A stretch of DNA of 64,000 nt from a virus. A program made the translations under genes and the position numbers. How positions within the stretch are numbered: the first letter of the stretch is position 1; each line of letters starts with the position of its first letter. The stretch spans positions 17,061-81,060 of the IMG/VR virus record IMGVR_UViG_3300013004_000041, one strand, 5' to 3'. The notes beneath the pieces were generated by a model. The model saw only the letters and a program-made list of their open reading frames with translations, was not told the DNA's origin and ran no database searches. This document shows positions 48,166-57,265 of this stretch, piece after piece.

Positions 48166-49635
48166 TTATAAACATCCGCAACCTGATGATGGGCTTGTAC
48201 TTGGACCACCGCATAGTCCAGATCCATATCCTCCATCACAAACAGCATTTGCTGTATCAGCAGCCTCTGCTGCGCTGCTAAATGAATAAGATTGGCATCC
48301 ACCTAAGTTACCACAGCAGCACCAATAATATGTTTGAGTACTTGATGGTGTTACAGGTGGAGTAACTGGTGGAGTCACAGGTGGAGTAACAGGTGGCGTT
48401 ACTGGTGGAGTCACAGGTGGAGTAACAGGTGGAGTCACAGGTGGAGTAACAGGTGGAGTCACAGGTGGAGTAACAGGTGGCGTTACTGGTGGAGTAACAG
48501 GTGGCGTTACTGGTGGAGTAACAGGTGGCGTTACTGGTGGTGTAACAGGTGCTGGTGTACAACTTGGTGTTCCTGCTGCTGCAGAAGAACCACAAACAAA
48601 GCCGCTTGGAAGATATCCATAAGCATTTTCTAGTCCATTTGATAAGTCGTTACATGATTGATTATATGGGCCGAAAGGTCCTTGTGGTGAATTCGTAGTT
48701 GAACAGAATCCGTAGTAATTAGTGTATGTGTTTGGTGGAGTAACAGGTGGAGTCACGGGTGGGGTTACTGGTGGTGTCACAGGTGGAGTAACAGGTGGAT
48801 TTGCTCCAGTACAAGAAGTTATAACGTTAGTAGAAACTCCTCCGTTTAATGTTGCGCTTATAGAGAAACAGAATGATTCAGCATTTGACTCTGCTTGAGT
48901 AGCATTTGATGCTGTGGTTGTTCCAATAGTGTTATCGTCGCAACAGAAATAATATGTTTGCGTTACTGGTGTTACAGGTGGAGTCACAGGTGGAGTAACA
49001 GGTGGCGTTACTGGTGGAGTAACAGGTGCTAGAGTACAGTCTGGAATTCCACTTGCTGGTGTAGTTCCACAGGCCCAACCAATTGGTGGATATCCGTATG
49101 CGTTTTCCCAAGTTTCAAGAATTGATGAGCATGGGCCATACACTGTTGACTGTGTTATTGGTTCTAGTGTTCCTTGATCACACCATCCATAGTAGTAAGT
49201 GGTGACTGGCGTTACTGGTGGAGTAACTGGAGGCGTCACAGGTGGAGTCACAGGTGGAGTCACAGGTGGTGTGACAGGTGGTGTGACAGGTGGTGTGACA
49301 GGTGGAGTAACAGGTGGAGTAACAGGTGGCGTTACTGGTGGAGTAACAGGTGGAGTCACAGGTGGAGTAACAGGTGGCGTTACTGGTGGAGTAACATAAT
49401 TATAATATTCAAAATCTAAAGTTGCTTCATATTCACGAAGTTCGTTTGTATCAGATCTTTTTTTTGCTTTTCCATTGTTAGAAGAATTTGCACCTGTTGT
49501 TGTTGAAGATTCTGATCCTAATTTAAAGCCTGCCTCTGTAATAGCATTCCTTGCATCATTTAAAGTTAGTCCCTCAATATCAGGAACTTTTCCCATTCCT
49601 TTTGAAGATGCCCATTTGCCAAGGAATCCAAGCAT
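48166..49635 (-). CDS. PASTA-like domain + PPVT repeat + Cys-rich module protein
   Basis: VPDIEGLTLNDARNAITEAGF (PASTA-like); four (PPVT)n tracts alternating with four Cys-rich modules. Confidence 0.75.
   Translation of the reverse strand: MLGFLGKWASSKGMGKVPDIEGLTLNDARNAITEAGFKLGSESSTTTGANSSNNGKAKKRSDTNELREYEATLDFEYYNYVTPPVTPPVTPPVTPPVTPPVTPPVTPPVTPPVTPPVTPPVTPPVTPPVTPPVTPPVTPPVTPVTTYYYGWCDQGTLEPITQSTVYGPCSSILETWENAYGYPPIGWACGTTPASGIPDCTLAPVTPPVTPPVTPPVTPPVTPVTQTYYFCCDDNTIGTTTASNATQAESNAESFCFSISATLNGGVSTNVITSCTGANPPVTPPVTPPVTPPVTPPVTPPNTYTNYYGFCSTTNSPQGPFGPYNQSCNDLSNGLENAYGYLPSGFVCGSSAAAGTPSCTPAPVTPPVTPPVTPPVTPPVTPPVTPPVTPPVTPPVTPPVTPPVTPPVTPPVTPPVTPPVTPPVTPPVTPSSTQTYYWCCCGNLGGCQSYSFSSAAEAADTANAVCDGGYGSGLCGGPSTSPSSGCGCL
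48348..49396 (-). repeat. four tracts of 12-bp coding repeats (Pro-Pro-Val-Thr)
   Basis: GGTGGAGT(A/C)ACA-type units at ~48348-48550, 48733-48798, 48961-49028 and 49201-49396. Confidence 0.9.
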
Positions 49636-49642
49636 CTGGTAC

Positions 49643-50272
49643 CTACGCTGTCAAATCGCCAATAAGGACCCAGGTATCTGTACCAGTTTTGATAAGAGTT
49701 GCACCAGAATACCTCGCAGCAATTTTCTTGTTAGAATTTTTACTATTAATCGTTACACCAACAGCACCAGCAAACGTAACATTACCAGTATTTAGTCTTA
49801 CTACGTCTAATCTCTGTCCATTTGCAAACGGTACAGAAGAGTTAAGCGGAACAGTTACAGTTCTATCAATTGTAGAATCAATTAAAATTGTTTGTCCTGC
49901 ATCTGCAAGACCTAAAGTATAATCAGCAGTTTTTGTATTAAGAGTTGCTGTATCTAACATTCCTACCCATGATGTACCGTTATAAATTTGAACTTGATTT
50001 ATATCAGTGCCACCATTTGTTTGCTCAACAAAACATACTGTTCCCTTAATTGGAGATAGAATTACCATATCTCTTGCCATTGGGTTTTGAAATCTATTTA
50101 CTCCACCCTTAGCACGGATAACATCATTTACGGTTACTATTGATCCAAAAGTGTGTGCGGCATTCCATGTGTATGCAACATTTGTGTTAGCAGTTCCAGC
50201 AACGGCATACCAAGTGTCTGATACTTGATCATACATGTATGCTACTTTACTGGTTGAACTAACTGTTGACAT
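49643..50272 (-). CDS. fibre-associated protein with C-terminal domain shared with 38628..40445
   Basis: GQRLDV..G.VT...GVT.N..SGATLIK...WVLIGDL. Confidence 0.7.
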   Translation of the reverse strand: MSTVSSTSKVAYMYDQVSDTWYAVAGTANTNVAYTWNAAHTFGSIVTVNDVIRAKGGVNRFQNPMARDMVILSPIKGTVCFVEQTNGGTDINQVQIYNGTSWVGMLDTATLNTKTADYTLGLADAGQTILIDSTIDRTVTVPLNSSVPFANGQRLDVVRLNTGNVTFAGAVGVTINSKNSNKKIAARYSGATLIKTGTDTWVLIGDLTA

Positions 50273-50457
50273 TAATTATTTTCCTCCGATAAATTTATTT
50301 CTGGAAAGAATACTCCACCATCAATACCATTATTATAATCCCAACCATTTGTATATTCAATATACTTGCCAGGGTTAGCAGCAACTACTTCATCTTCTAC
50401 GCCAACAATAATGTTGACTACTTTGTTATCTTCAATAACTGCAAATAATTTATCCAT
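50272..50457 (-). CDS. small protein, putative fibre chaperone
   Basis: FAVIEDNKVVNII; follows the Gly-rich gene. Confidence 0.5.
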   Translation of the reverse strand: MDKLFAVIEDNKVVNIIVGVEDEVVAANPGKYIEYTNGWDYNNGIDGGVFFPEINLSEENN

Positions 50458-50466
50458 TGTTATCTC

Positions 50467-50991
50467 CTATACCCAGTATTCAACGTCAATACGACCTGAA
50501 CCACCGTTGCCCCCTGGGCGACCAGAATCTCCACCGCTTCCACCAGCGCCACCTGCTCCAATTGAATAAGAAATTGATGCACCTGGTGTTACTGAAAGAG
50601 TACTGCTAACAATTACTCCGTTTATTCCGAACTGAGCATTTGTTCCGCCAACACCAGTGCCACCTGCTCCACTTCCGCCAAGACCTGAACTACTAGGAGC
50701 GTTTACTCCAGTCTGCGCTGTATTTCCAGTGTTTCCATAAAATCGAACTCCACCAGTTCCTCCAGGCGCTGAAGTTGCGCCAGTAAAAGTAGTAGTTCCT
50801 CCATCACTTCCATAACTTGGATTTGTACCGCCACTAGTGCTGCACCCACCACCTCCACCGCCACCGCCAACAAGAGTTACATTAAGATATGTAACTCCTG
50901 CAGGGACGGTGTAAGAAGTACCAGAGGTAAGTGTTGTGCGATACATAGTTTTGCTACCTGCTGCTGGAGCAGGAAATACTGAGTAACCCAT
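50467..50991 (-). CDS. glycine-rich adhesin-like protein
   Basis: YTVPAGVT..VGGGGGGG..VTPG..IGAGG..GGSGRI. Confidence 0.7.
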   Translation of the reverse strand: MGYSVFPAPAAGSKTMYRTTLTSGTSYTVPAGVTYLNVTLVGGGGGGGGCSTSGGTNPSYGSDGGTTTFTGATSAPGGTGGVRFYGNTGNTAQTGVNAPSSSGLGGSGAGGTGVGGTNAQFGINGVIVSSTLSVTPGASISYSIGAGGAGGSGGDSGRPGGNGGSGRIDVEYWV

Positions 50992-51293
50992 TAGATAACT
51001 TCAACTCCGCTTATATGAAATTTAACAGTAGTAGCAGATGCAGATCCAGAGATGGTGTCTGCTGCTTCTAATATCTGCTTAATTTCAAAAGTTGCTATTG
51101 ATTTTGCTGCAAGGGTTGCGCCAGAGATTAACTCTGTTCCATTTAAGTTAATTGAAAATGTAGTAGATACGGTATCTGTATTAGTAACACATATATCAGT
51201 AACAATTCCAGTCTTTCCAGAACCAACAGTATAAAGTGTTGCATTAGTTAATGCTGCTGCTCCACGATACATTAATTTTGGTGTAGTCGCCAT
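50991..51293 (-). CDS. small structural protein
   Basis: 100 aa; LYTV..I.V.N..ISGVEV. Confidence 0.55.
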   Translation of the reverse strand: MATTPKLMYRGAAALTNATLYTVGSGKTGIVTDICVTNTDTVSTTFSINLNGTELISGATLAAKSIATFEIKQILEAADTISGSASATTVKFHISGVEVI

Positions 51294-51301
51294 ATTTCCT
51301 C

Positions 51302-51943
51302 CTAGTACGCACCCATTACGGATGAAATTATAATAGACTCAGTGTCTACCTGTTGCCATTTGACACCAAGTGGGCTTGAGTTGTCTGCAGTTAATACTGT
51401 TCCATTTGCACCTACAGTCAAATTATCAATATTTGCTGCAGAACTGCCAATAAGTATATCACCTTTTGCCTGAATAATGTTCTTAAGATCGTTAACCCTT
51501 ACCCATTCATCATCTATTTGATTGTAGACATATAGGTCTAATGCTTCTGAATCTTTGTCTACCCAAAGAACTCCATCAACGATGTCTGTAGTTGGAGCCT
51601 CATTTGTATAAAAAGCAGAAGCATATAAGGTTTCAACTGCTCCACCATTTGAATCTGATGCCATGGCAATATAGCCGTCTGTTTGTCCTGTTAATGCTGT
51701 TATTTGTGCTAAGGTTAAATAATCGGATCCAATACCTTGATCTTCTAAAAATGTAACATCATCTCTTAGGTTTTGTAGATGTTTTGCTAATGATGGATTT
51801 GGTAATTGTGTTGGGTCCGTACTTGTAGTGTCATATGTATAACTACCATATAAAAATGCTTTTAGGGCTGCCTGAATATCAGCAGCGTCGTCATATCCAG
51901 GCTGCTTTGTATTATATAAACCACCAATATTTTCTACTGCCAC
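51302..51943 (-). CDS. fibre-associated protein
   Basis: AKGDILIG..L.VGANG.VL.AD..G.KW motif. Confidence 0.55.
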   Translation of the reverse strand: MAVENIGGLYNTKQPGYDDAADIQAALKAFLYGSYTYDTTSTDPTQLPNPSLAKHLQNLRDDVTFLEDQGIGSDYLTLAQITALTGQTDGYIAMASDSNGGAVETLYASAFYTNEAPTTDIVDGVLWVDKDSEALDLYVYNQIDDEWVRVNDLKNIIQAKGDILIGSSAANIDNLTVGANGTVLTADNSSPLGVKWQQVDTESIIISSVMGAY

Positions 51944-51960
51944 TTACATCACCCCTTTGA

Positions 51961-52533
51961 TTATACCACCGAAATATGAAGGTTGGCTGTTCTAGATCCT
52001 ACTACATCTATCCAGTCAGTACCGTCAAATTCCTTGGCATAAAATGTTATTTTTAAATTGTCTATTCCGCTAACAGAAACTACCTCTGTTTTAATAGAAG
52101 ACACTATAGGCATCTCTTCTGATGTTGCAAATGTTGTCTGAATACTAAAGTTTGCAGCGGTAGTGCTACCAATATATGCTGGATCTACGATTGCAGATAT
52201 TGGAATATAGCAATAGTTTGCGGTACTAAAATTAATACTTTGATTTACTACATATGTATTAGGAATTAATTTTGTAAGAGTCTGCCACTGTGTTGTACCT
52301 AAAACTTCTACATACTGATATATCATTAGGTATTCGTCATCAGTTGTTAATAAGTTTATATATAAATCAAATATTCTTGGATCTTGTCCAATATCAATTA
52401 AATCTGGTTTTCCATTACCTACAAAAACTAAACTTCCTCTATCACCTTTTAAGCCAAAGTCAACTTCGACATTAATTGATTCTGGGCCGCCCAAAACAAC
52501 TAAGTCATCATTTGCTAATAAAACTTCAGCCAT
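51961..52533 (-). CDS. hypothetical structural protein
   Basis: 190-aa coupled ORF. Confidence 0.55.
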   Translation of the reverse strand: MAEVLLANDDLVVLGGPESINVEVDFGLKGDRGSLVFVGNGKPDLIDIGQDPRIFDLYINLLTTDDEYLMIYQYVEVLGTTQWQTLTKLIPNTYVVNQSINFSTANYCYIPISAIVDPAYIGSTTAANFSIQTTFATSEEMPIVSSIKTEVVSVSGIDNLKITFYAKEFDGTDWIDVVGSRTANLHISVV

Positions 52534-52964
52534 TACGGAGTAACCTGTCCTGTTACAGAAATTGTTCCTGTCAGCAATGTATGTACTATTGGATATGTAA
52601 ATGGGTTTCCATCTGATGTGTCGTTTGATGGACGAGTTACCTGAACGTCATAAACATAAGTTGTTCCAGGGGTTAAATATTGAGCATCATCTGGTCTAAT
52701 AGCACAACCGACAAATGTTTTTGTCGAATCAATCCATGCTGCACACTTATGCCAGGATGTTGATCCTCTTGATGTGGCAAAAGTAAAAATTACATTGTCA
52801 TATGGAACATTTGGGGTAAGTGGATCATTATCGTCATCATAAGATCCTCCGCCTGTATATGGTGTTAAGTCAAAAATGTCTCCGCTTGGAGTTTTTGGGT
52901 AAATACGAAATTCATAGGTATCACCCTTATAGTACGAAATATTATATGTTCCTGGAAATGCCAT
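52533..52964 (-). CDS. BppU-N-like adaptor
   Basis: YKGDT..YVYDVQ..TLLTGTISV. Confidence 0.55.
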   Translation of the reverse strand: MAFPGTYNISYYKGDTYEFRIYPKTPSGDIFDLTPYTGGGSYDDDNDPLTPNVPYDNVIFTFATSRGSTSWHKCAAWIDSTKTFVGCAIRPDDAQYLTPGTTYVYDVQVTRPSNDTSDGNPFTYPIVHTLLTGTISVTGQVTP

Positions 52965-52980
52965 AGTTCCTCCTTGTAAA

Positions 52981-53700
52981 TTATATCACAGACACGTATA
53001 TAGAATTCATCAATACTGAAGAATCATAGTCTGCCCTAATTTGAGGTACCGCTCCAGAACTCCACATGGCACTGTCTTCTATAAAGAAATTTTGTGTAAC
53101 ATACATGTTATATACATATTGATATTTTAATGATGCCACAAATTGAGAAATTTCAGTAGTAGATTTAGGGAAAAAGGTTCTAATCCAAACCTCTGTATTA
53201 TTACTATACGTTGTAAGTTCAAAATTATAAGTAACAAAAACTTGAGATCCTACATTTAATCCTTTAAAATTTAACTGTCTTGTGTTTTCATTCCATAGGC
53301 TTACAGAGTCTTTTGGTAAATATTTTTCATTGGTATTGGACCCTTTTGAATCTACCCAAACACTAACCCATCCGTCTTCACCTTTATCTGCGCCAAGTCT
53401 AATTTCTTTTCTATTATTGTTAAAGTATGCTCCCCATCCAGCCTGTTGACCAGACGCAGATAGAGAACTTAGTCCATCTTTGCCAGGGGTACCTCTTTCG
53501 CCTTTAGATCCTTGTATGCCGTCTTTTCCAGCAGGTCCCTGAGGTCCAGGTACCCCTGCAGGTCCTTGAGGCCCCATAGGGCCAGGTACAGGAACATAAT
53601 TAATTAATACATCAGTATTTGTTGTTTGAGTTTCTACAACTTGTGCAGCATAACTAGATTTTTTGTTTGTAGGAAAATCCATGGATTTAGAAACGGCCAT
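52981..53700 (-). CDS. collagen-like (Gly-X-Y) structural protein
   Basis: GPMGPQGPAGVPGPQGPAGKDGIQG. Confidence 0.75.
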   Translation of the reverse strand: MAVSKSMDFPTNKKSSYAAQVVETQTTNTDVLINYVPVPGPMGPQGPAGVPGPQGPAGKDGIQGSKGERGTPGKDGLSSLSASGQQAGWGAYFNNNRKEIRLGADKGEDGWVSVWVDSKGSNTNEKYLPKDSVSLWNENTRQLNFKGLNVGSQVFVTYNFELTTYSNNTEVWIRTFFPKSTTEISQFVASLKYQYVYNMYVTQNFFIEDSAMWSSGAVPQIRADYDSSVLMNSIYVSVI

Positions 53701-53709
53701 GGCTTTTCT

Positions 53710-54513
53710 TTATAGGTCTCCGACTTTATTTACTGTAACAATAACTGACGGAATAGATGGGACTCCAACTGGTGTACCAGAGTCAGCAATGGCAGCAATA
53801 GAAACATTTGTGCTTGCTGTGTACCACATCAATTGAAAATCTTGAGGCAGAACATCACAATTTACAAAGAAATTCCACGCAGCAACGTTGTAAGTATTAT
53901 TATTAGCCATGTGAATAATTGTTGCTGTATCTGGAACATCTACATCGTTATGTCTCATCCAAACATAAATATCTGCTGCAGATCCACCAGTTTTTTCTAA
54001 TTGTAAACTAAATGCAATATTATAAATACCTAAAATATCCATTGTTATTCTTGAACCATCTACAATATTTATCCCATTTGAAAAATCTGTAGAGTTTAAG
54101 GTTATAGCCTTAATTGATCCACCTGTTTGAATAGTTGTATCAAAAAATGATCCTAGTTTGGCTCCAGTTAAACTTCCTGGCTCACCTTGAATTCCTTGAA
54201 TACCTTGCTCACCTTGTGGTCCTTCTTCGCCCTTTGCTGCAACTAAATCCCAAAATAAACCTTCAGATGGAGTATCTCCAACATTGCCACCATTTGCATT
54301 TTTACGATACCATGTTTGGCCGTCATAAGTTACAACATCTCCAACTACGTAAGATGCTCCTGGATTGTATTCACCATTGTAATACCATGCAGCGTCTGCA
54401 CCTGCTGGACCCTGTTGTCCTACTTCTCCCTGTGGACCTTGTGCACCAGTTGCACCTGTGTCGCCTTGTTGTCCTTCTGCGCCTGGCATAGGAACTATCT
54501 TAATAACTGCCAT
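53710..54513 (-). CDS. collagen-like protein with CBM5/12-like module
   Basis: Two Gly-X-Y tracts flanking YVVGDVVTYDGQTW. Confidence 0.7.
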   Translation of the reverse strand: MAVIKIVPMPGAEGQQGDTGATGAQGPQGEVGQQGPAGADAAWYYNGEYNPGASYVVGDVVTYDGQTWYRKNANGGNVGDTPSEGLFWDLVAAKGEEGPQGEQGIQGIQGEPGSLTGAKLGSFFDTTIQTGGSIKAITLNSTDFSNGINIVDGSRITMDILGIYNIAFSLQLEKTGGSAADIYVWMRHNDVDVPDTATIIHMANNNTYNVAAWNFFVNCDVLPQDFQLMWYTASTNVSIAAIADSGTPVGVPSIPSVIVTVNKVGDL

Positions 54514-54911
54514 TATAAACTTCCTCCTGGTGTAACATCACCTAACACATAAATAGTTCCAATAACTGGAGTCCAAATTGTATCTTCTATTTCATTAGCA
54601 ATTGTTACCTGTAAATCAAATGGTAACTCTGCAACTGTTGCTGCATATTTTAATCCCCAGTTTTTTGTAACTGAAGGATAGGCTGTAATGTCTACATAGC
54701 CATCTGCTGGTTCGCAATCAAGCGCATCCAAAATATCTCCAGATTGATCATATGCAGTTGCCCTGTATATCCATCCTTCAGTATCGTAATAAGTAACTTC
54801 ATCGTCGTTATAAAATTCTACACGTAGTGTGGCTGTATCTCCACGTACAACTCTCCATTGAACGTTTACTGGATCAGCACCAAATTTTTCGGGAGCGCAG
54901 AAGTTTGCCAT
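54513..54911 (-). CDS. BppU-N-like adaptor
   Basis: WRVVRGDT..FDLQV..GTI; start moved to ATG 54911 downstream of TGGTATAAT. Confidence 0.55.
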   Translation of the reverse strand: MANFCAPEKFGADPVNVQWRVVRGDTATLRVEFYNDDEVTYYDTEGWIYRATAYDQSGDILDALDCEPADGYVDITAYPSVTKNWGLKYAATVAELPFDLQVTIANEIEDTIWTPVIGTIYVLGDVTPGGSL

Positions 54912-55196
54912 AATACAAAGATTATACCATAAAATATAGACTTGCCCCAAGGTCGGTGGGTATGGAGACGGACCAAAGGGCAAGCATTTAAAGTATATCA
55001 TAACAGTACAAAATGGACATCAATATCTCATATGTTTGAATCATAAAATTCTTTATGGTATAGTTGTTATCGGGTTTGTGGGGACTTTGCACTAGAGATA
55101 TATCTTCACTTCCACCATTAGATGTAACAAAAAATCTATGGGGGGAGGGGGGGACTTTCCCTCAGAGATAATTATTCTTTATATATAATATATAAA

Positions 55197-55481
55197 CTAC
55201 TTTTTACTAGATATATAATCCAAAAGAATCATATACATTTTGTCAAGTTTCTTATCCATATCTCTACGCATTTGATCTGCTTCATCTTGACGTTCTTTAA
55301 TTTCTTTAATTTCTCTATTTGTGGCTTTAATCTCATCTCTCATTGATGAGCCAGAATTTGGTTTTAATTCAGAAAGGTAATGTTTTACTAACCACTTGAC
55401 TCCAGCAGAAAAGCCTGCTAGAATAGTGAATACACCAATTATGATTTCTATAATAAGAGCGGTTCCTTCTGTAGCAAACAT
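55197..55481 (-). CDS. single-TM membrane protein, possible holin
   Basis: N-terminal TM helix, ELKPNSGSSMRD, coiled-coil tail. Confidence 0.5.
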   Translation of the reverse strand: MFATEGTALIIEIIIGVFTILAGFSAGVKWLVKHYLSELKPNSGSSMRDEIKATNREIKEIKERQDEADQMRRDMDKKLDKMYMILLDYISSKK

Positions 55482-55599
55482 AACAGGTAAATTATAAGGG
55501 GAGTTTTTAAAAAATACAAATGCTATCCAAAATAATTAAAAAAATTAAGTATCTAATATGGAGAAGAAAGATGCGTAAGAAGCAGGAGTTTATTTACTA

Positions 55600-56502
55600 A
55601 TGGCTGAATTAGAAGAAGATCCATTTTTTGGAGTATTAAATCGTGACTTTGTCTATATACTTAACGGAACAGAAGATATAAAACTTCCAAATAATTCCTA
55701 TTCAACTTGGTGTATGGATTGTGATCATCCTGTGTGTGTTAAAAGACAGCATAGAATTATTAAAAATAATTGGCATAAATACCCTGCTTTTGAATACAAA
55801 TTAAACAACTATGGCTTTAGAAGTGATGACTTTTCTTCAGAACTCGCTGGATCAAATATTCTTTATGGTGGATGCTCAAATACATTTGCACTTGGAGTTC
55901 CAATTGAATACTCTTGGGCATATCAACTAAATAAACATTTAGGGAAAAATAAATATTTTAGTACAGCAGTTAACAGTTCATCTATTGATGTAGTTGTTCA
56001 CAATACAATAAATTACATTCGTAAAATTGGAAAGCCTTCTGGAATTATTCTTTTACTTCCAGATTTATTGCGAGTAGTTTCGAAAATTGACATGAGACTG
56101 GATAAAAAAGTAGGAACATATCCAATCCTTGTAAATACAGGAAAGCAGATAATGGGAGATGAAAAAACATTTCCAATCATTCGTGGAAACTTGTTATTTA
56201 GATTTTATGAAGACGTTACCGCATTGGAAATGATTTGTGAAACATTAGATATTCCTCTTATGTGGTCTACATGGAACGAAGATTTAAATAATATTATAAA
56301 AGAAGAACTACATGATAAATTTAATCACTATGTCAATATGCTTGATAATATAAGATTTGAGCATTGGCAAGAAAATGAAGAGGCAGACAGTAGTATGTTT
56401 TGGAAGGCTTCACGAGAAGGCCATTATCCAGGAGTAACTCATAAAGTATACGCAGATGTAATGTTTGAGTTATGGCAGAAAAAATATGGATCACCTTCTT
56501 AA
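55600..56502 (+). CDS. SGNH-hydrolase-like protein
   Basis: NNYGFRS..GCSNTF.LG..SW and C-terminal H.PG..H; RBS AGGAG. Confidence 0.5.
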   Translation: MAELEEDPFFGVLNRDFVYILNGTEDIKLPNNSYSTWCMDCDHPVCVKRQHRIIKNNWHKYPAFEYKLNNYGFRSDDFSSELAGSNILYGGCSNTFALGVPIEYSWAYQLNKHLGKNKYFSTAVNSSSIDVVVHNTINYIRKIGKPSGIILLLPDLLRVVSKIDMRLDKKVGTYPILVNTGKQIMGDEKTFPIIRGNLLFRFYEDVTALEMICETLDIPLMWSTWNEDLNNIIKEELHDKFNHYVNMLDNIRFEHWQENEEADSSMFWKASREGHYPGVTHKVYADVMFELWQKKYGSPS

Positions 56503-57265
56503 GGAGAGTATTAAATATACTCTGGATTACTCCACAAAACTAATCATCTCGCCAGATATGGATGGTTTAGTTTCGGCGCAATTACTAAATAGATATAATG
56601 GATCTACTATTGTCGGCACATATGATAAAAATGTTTTATGTCTCGCCGACGGTATAGATGTCAAAGAGTGCCTATTCGTTGACTGTGATATGAATCACGA
56701 AAATTTTGTTTCAATTGGAAATCATATGCGACTGGTAAACGATAATGTTTCGTCGAGAGGATTTAATCCGAATCAATATTTCGGCATAAATAAATATACA
56801 TCAAAGTTTCCGTTCGCAACGGCTTACTTAATTGCGTTCGGATTAGATCTTGAAACATCGGCGACAGATATGATACGCATGGCATACGCTGATTCTACTT
56901 TAAAAAATATGGAAAATTACAGCGATAACATGCGAACATGGTCTGATAGGATGAATTGTCCATCTGTTGAATATGTTATACGTAACTCAGAAATTGCCAA
57001 ATATGCGGATGACACATTTAGGGCGGTATACCCAAATCAATCCCTTACATCCAAAAGATATGGCAAAGAACGTTACATACAAACCCTTAATGATCAATTA
57101 ACACATGAGAATGTTTCACATGAAACCTTGGTATCCTATCAAAAATATAAGTCCGATAAGATTGGTTTGACTACATTGAATAAATATATGTCCGACATAA
57201 TGTCATATGCTGAAATATATCAAGGTGAGTATTCTGTTACGTATTATGATAAGATAGATGAATGA
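56486..57265 (+). CDS. DHH-like phosphoesterase fold protein
   Basis: ISPDMDG, FVDCD, GNH and YADS motifs. Confidence 0.45.
   Translation: MDHLLKESIKYTLDYSTKLIISPDMDGLVSAQLLNRYNGSTIVGTYDKNVLCLADGIDVKECLFVDCDMNHENFVSIGNHMRLVNDNVSSRGFNPNQYFGINKYTSKFPFATAYLIAFGLDLETSATDMIRMAYADSTLKNMENYSDNMRTWSDRMNCPSVEYVIRNSEIAKYADDTFRAVYPNQSLTSKRYGKERYIQTLNDQLTHENVSHETLVSYQKYKSDKIGLTTLNKYMSDIMSYAEIYQGEYSVTYYDKIDE

Noticed and set aside
49174-49419. Antisense and alternate-frame ORFs (VTGG, WSNR repeats) over the PPVT tracts
   Set aside because: Automatic consequence of a stop-free 12-bp repeat; no RBS or promoter.
54912-55001. N-terminal extension of the ORF-track call 54513..55001
   Set aside because: The extension covers a hairpin and the -10 element; ATG 54911 is the more plausible start.
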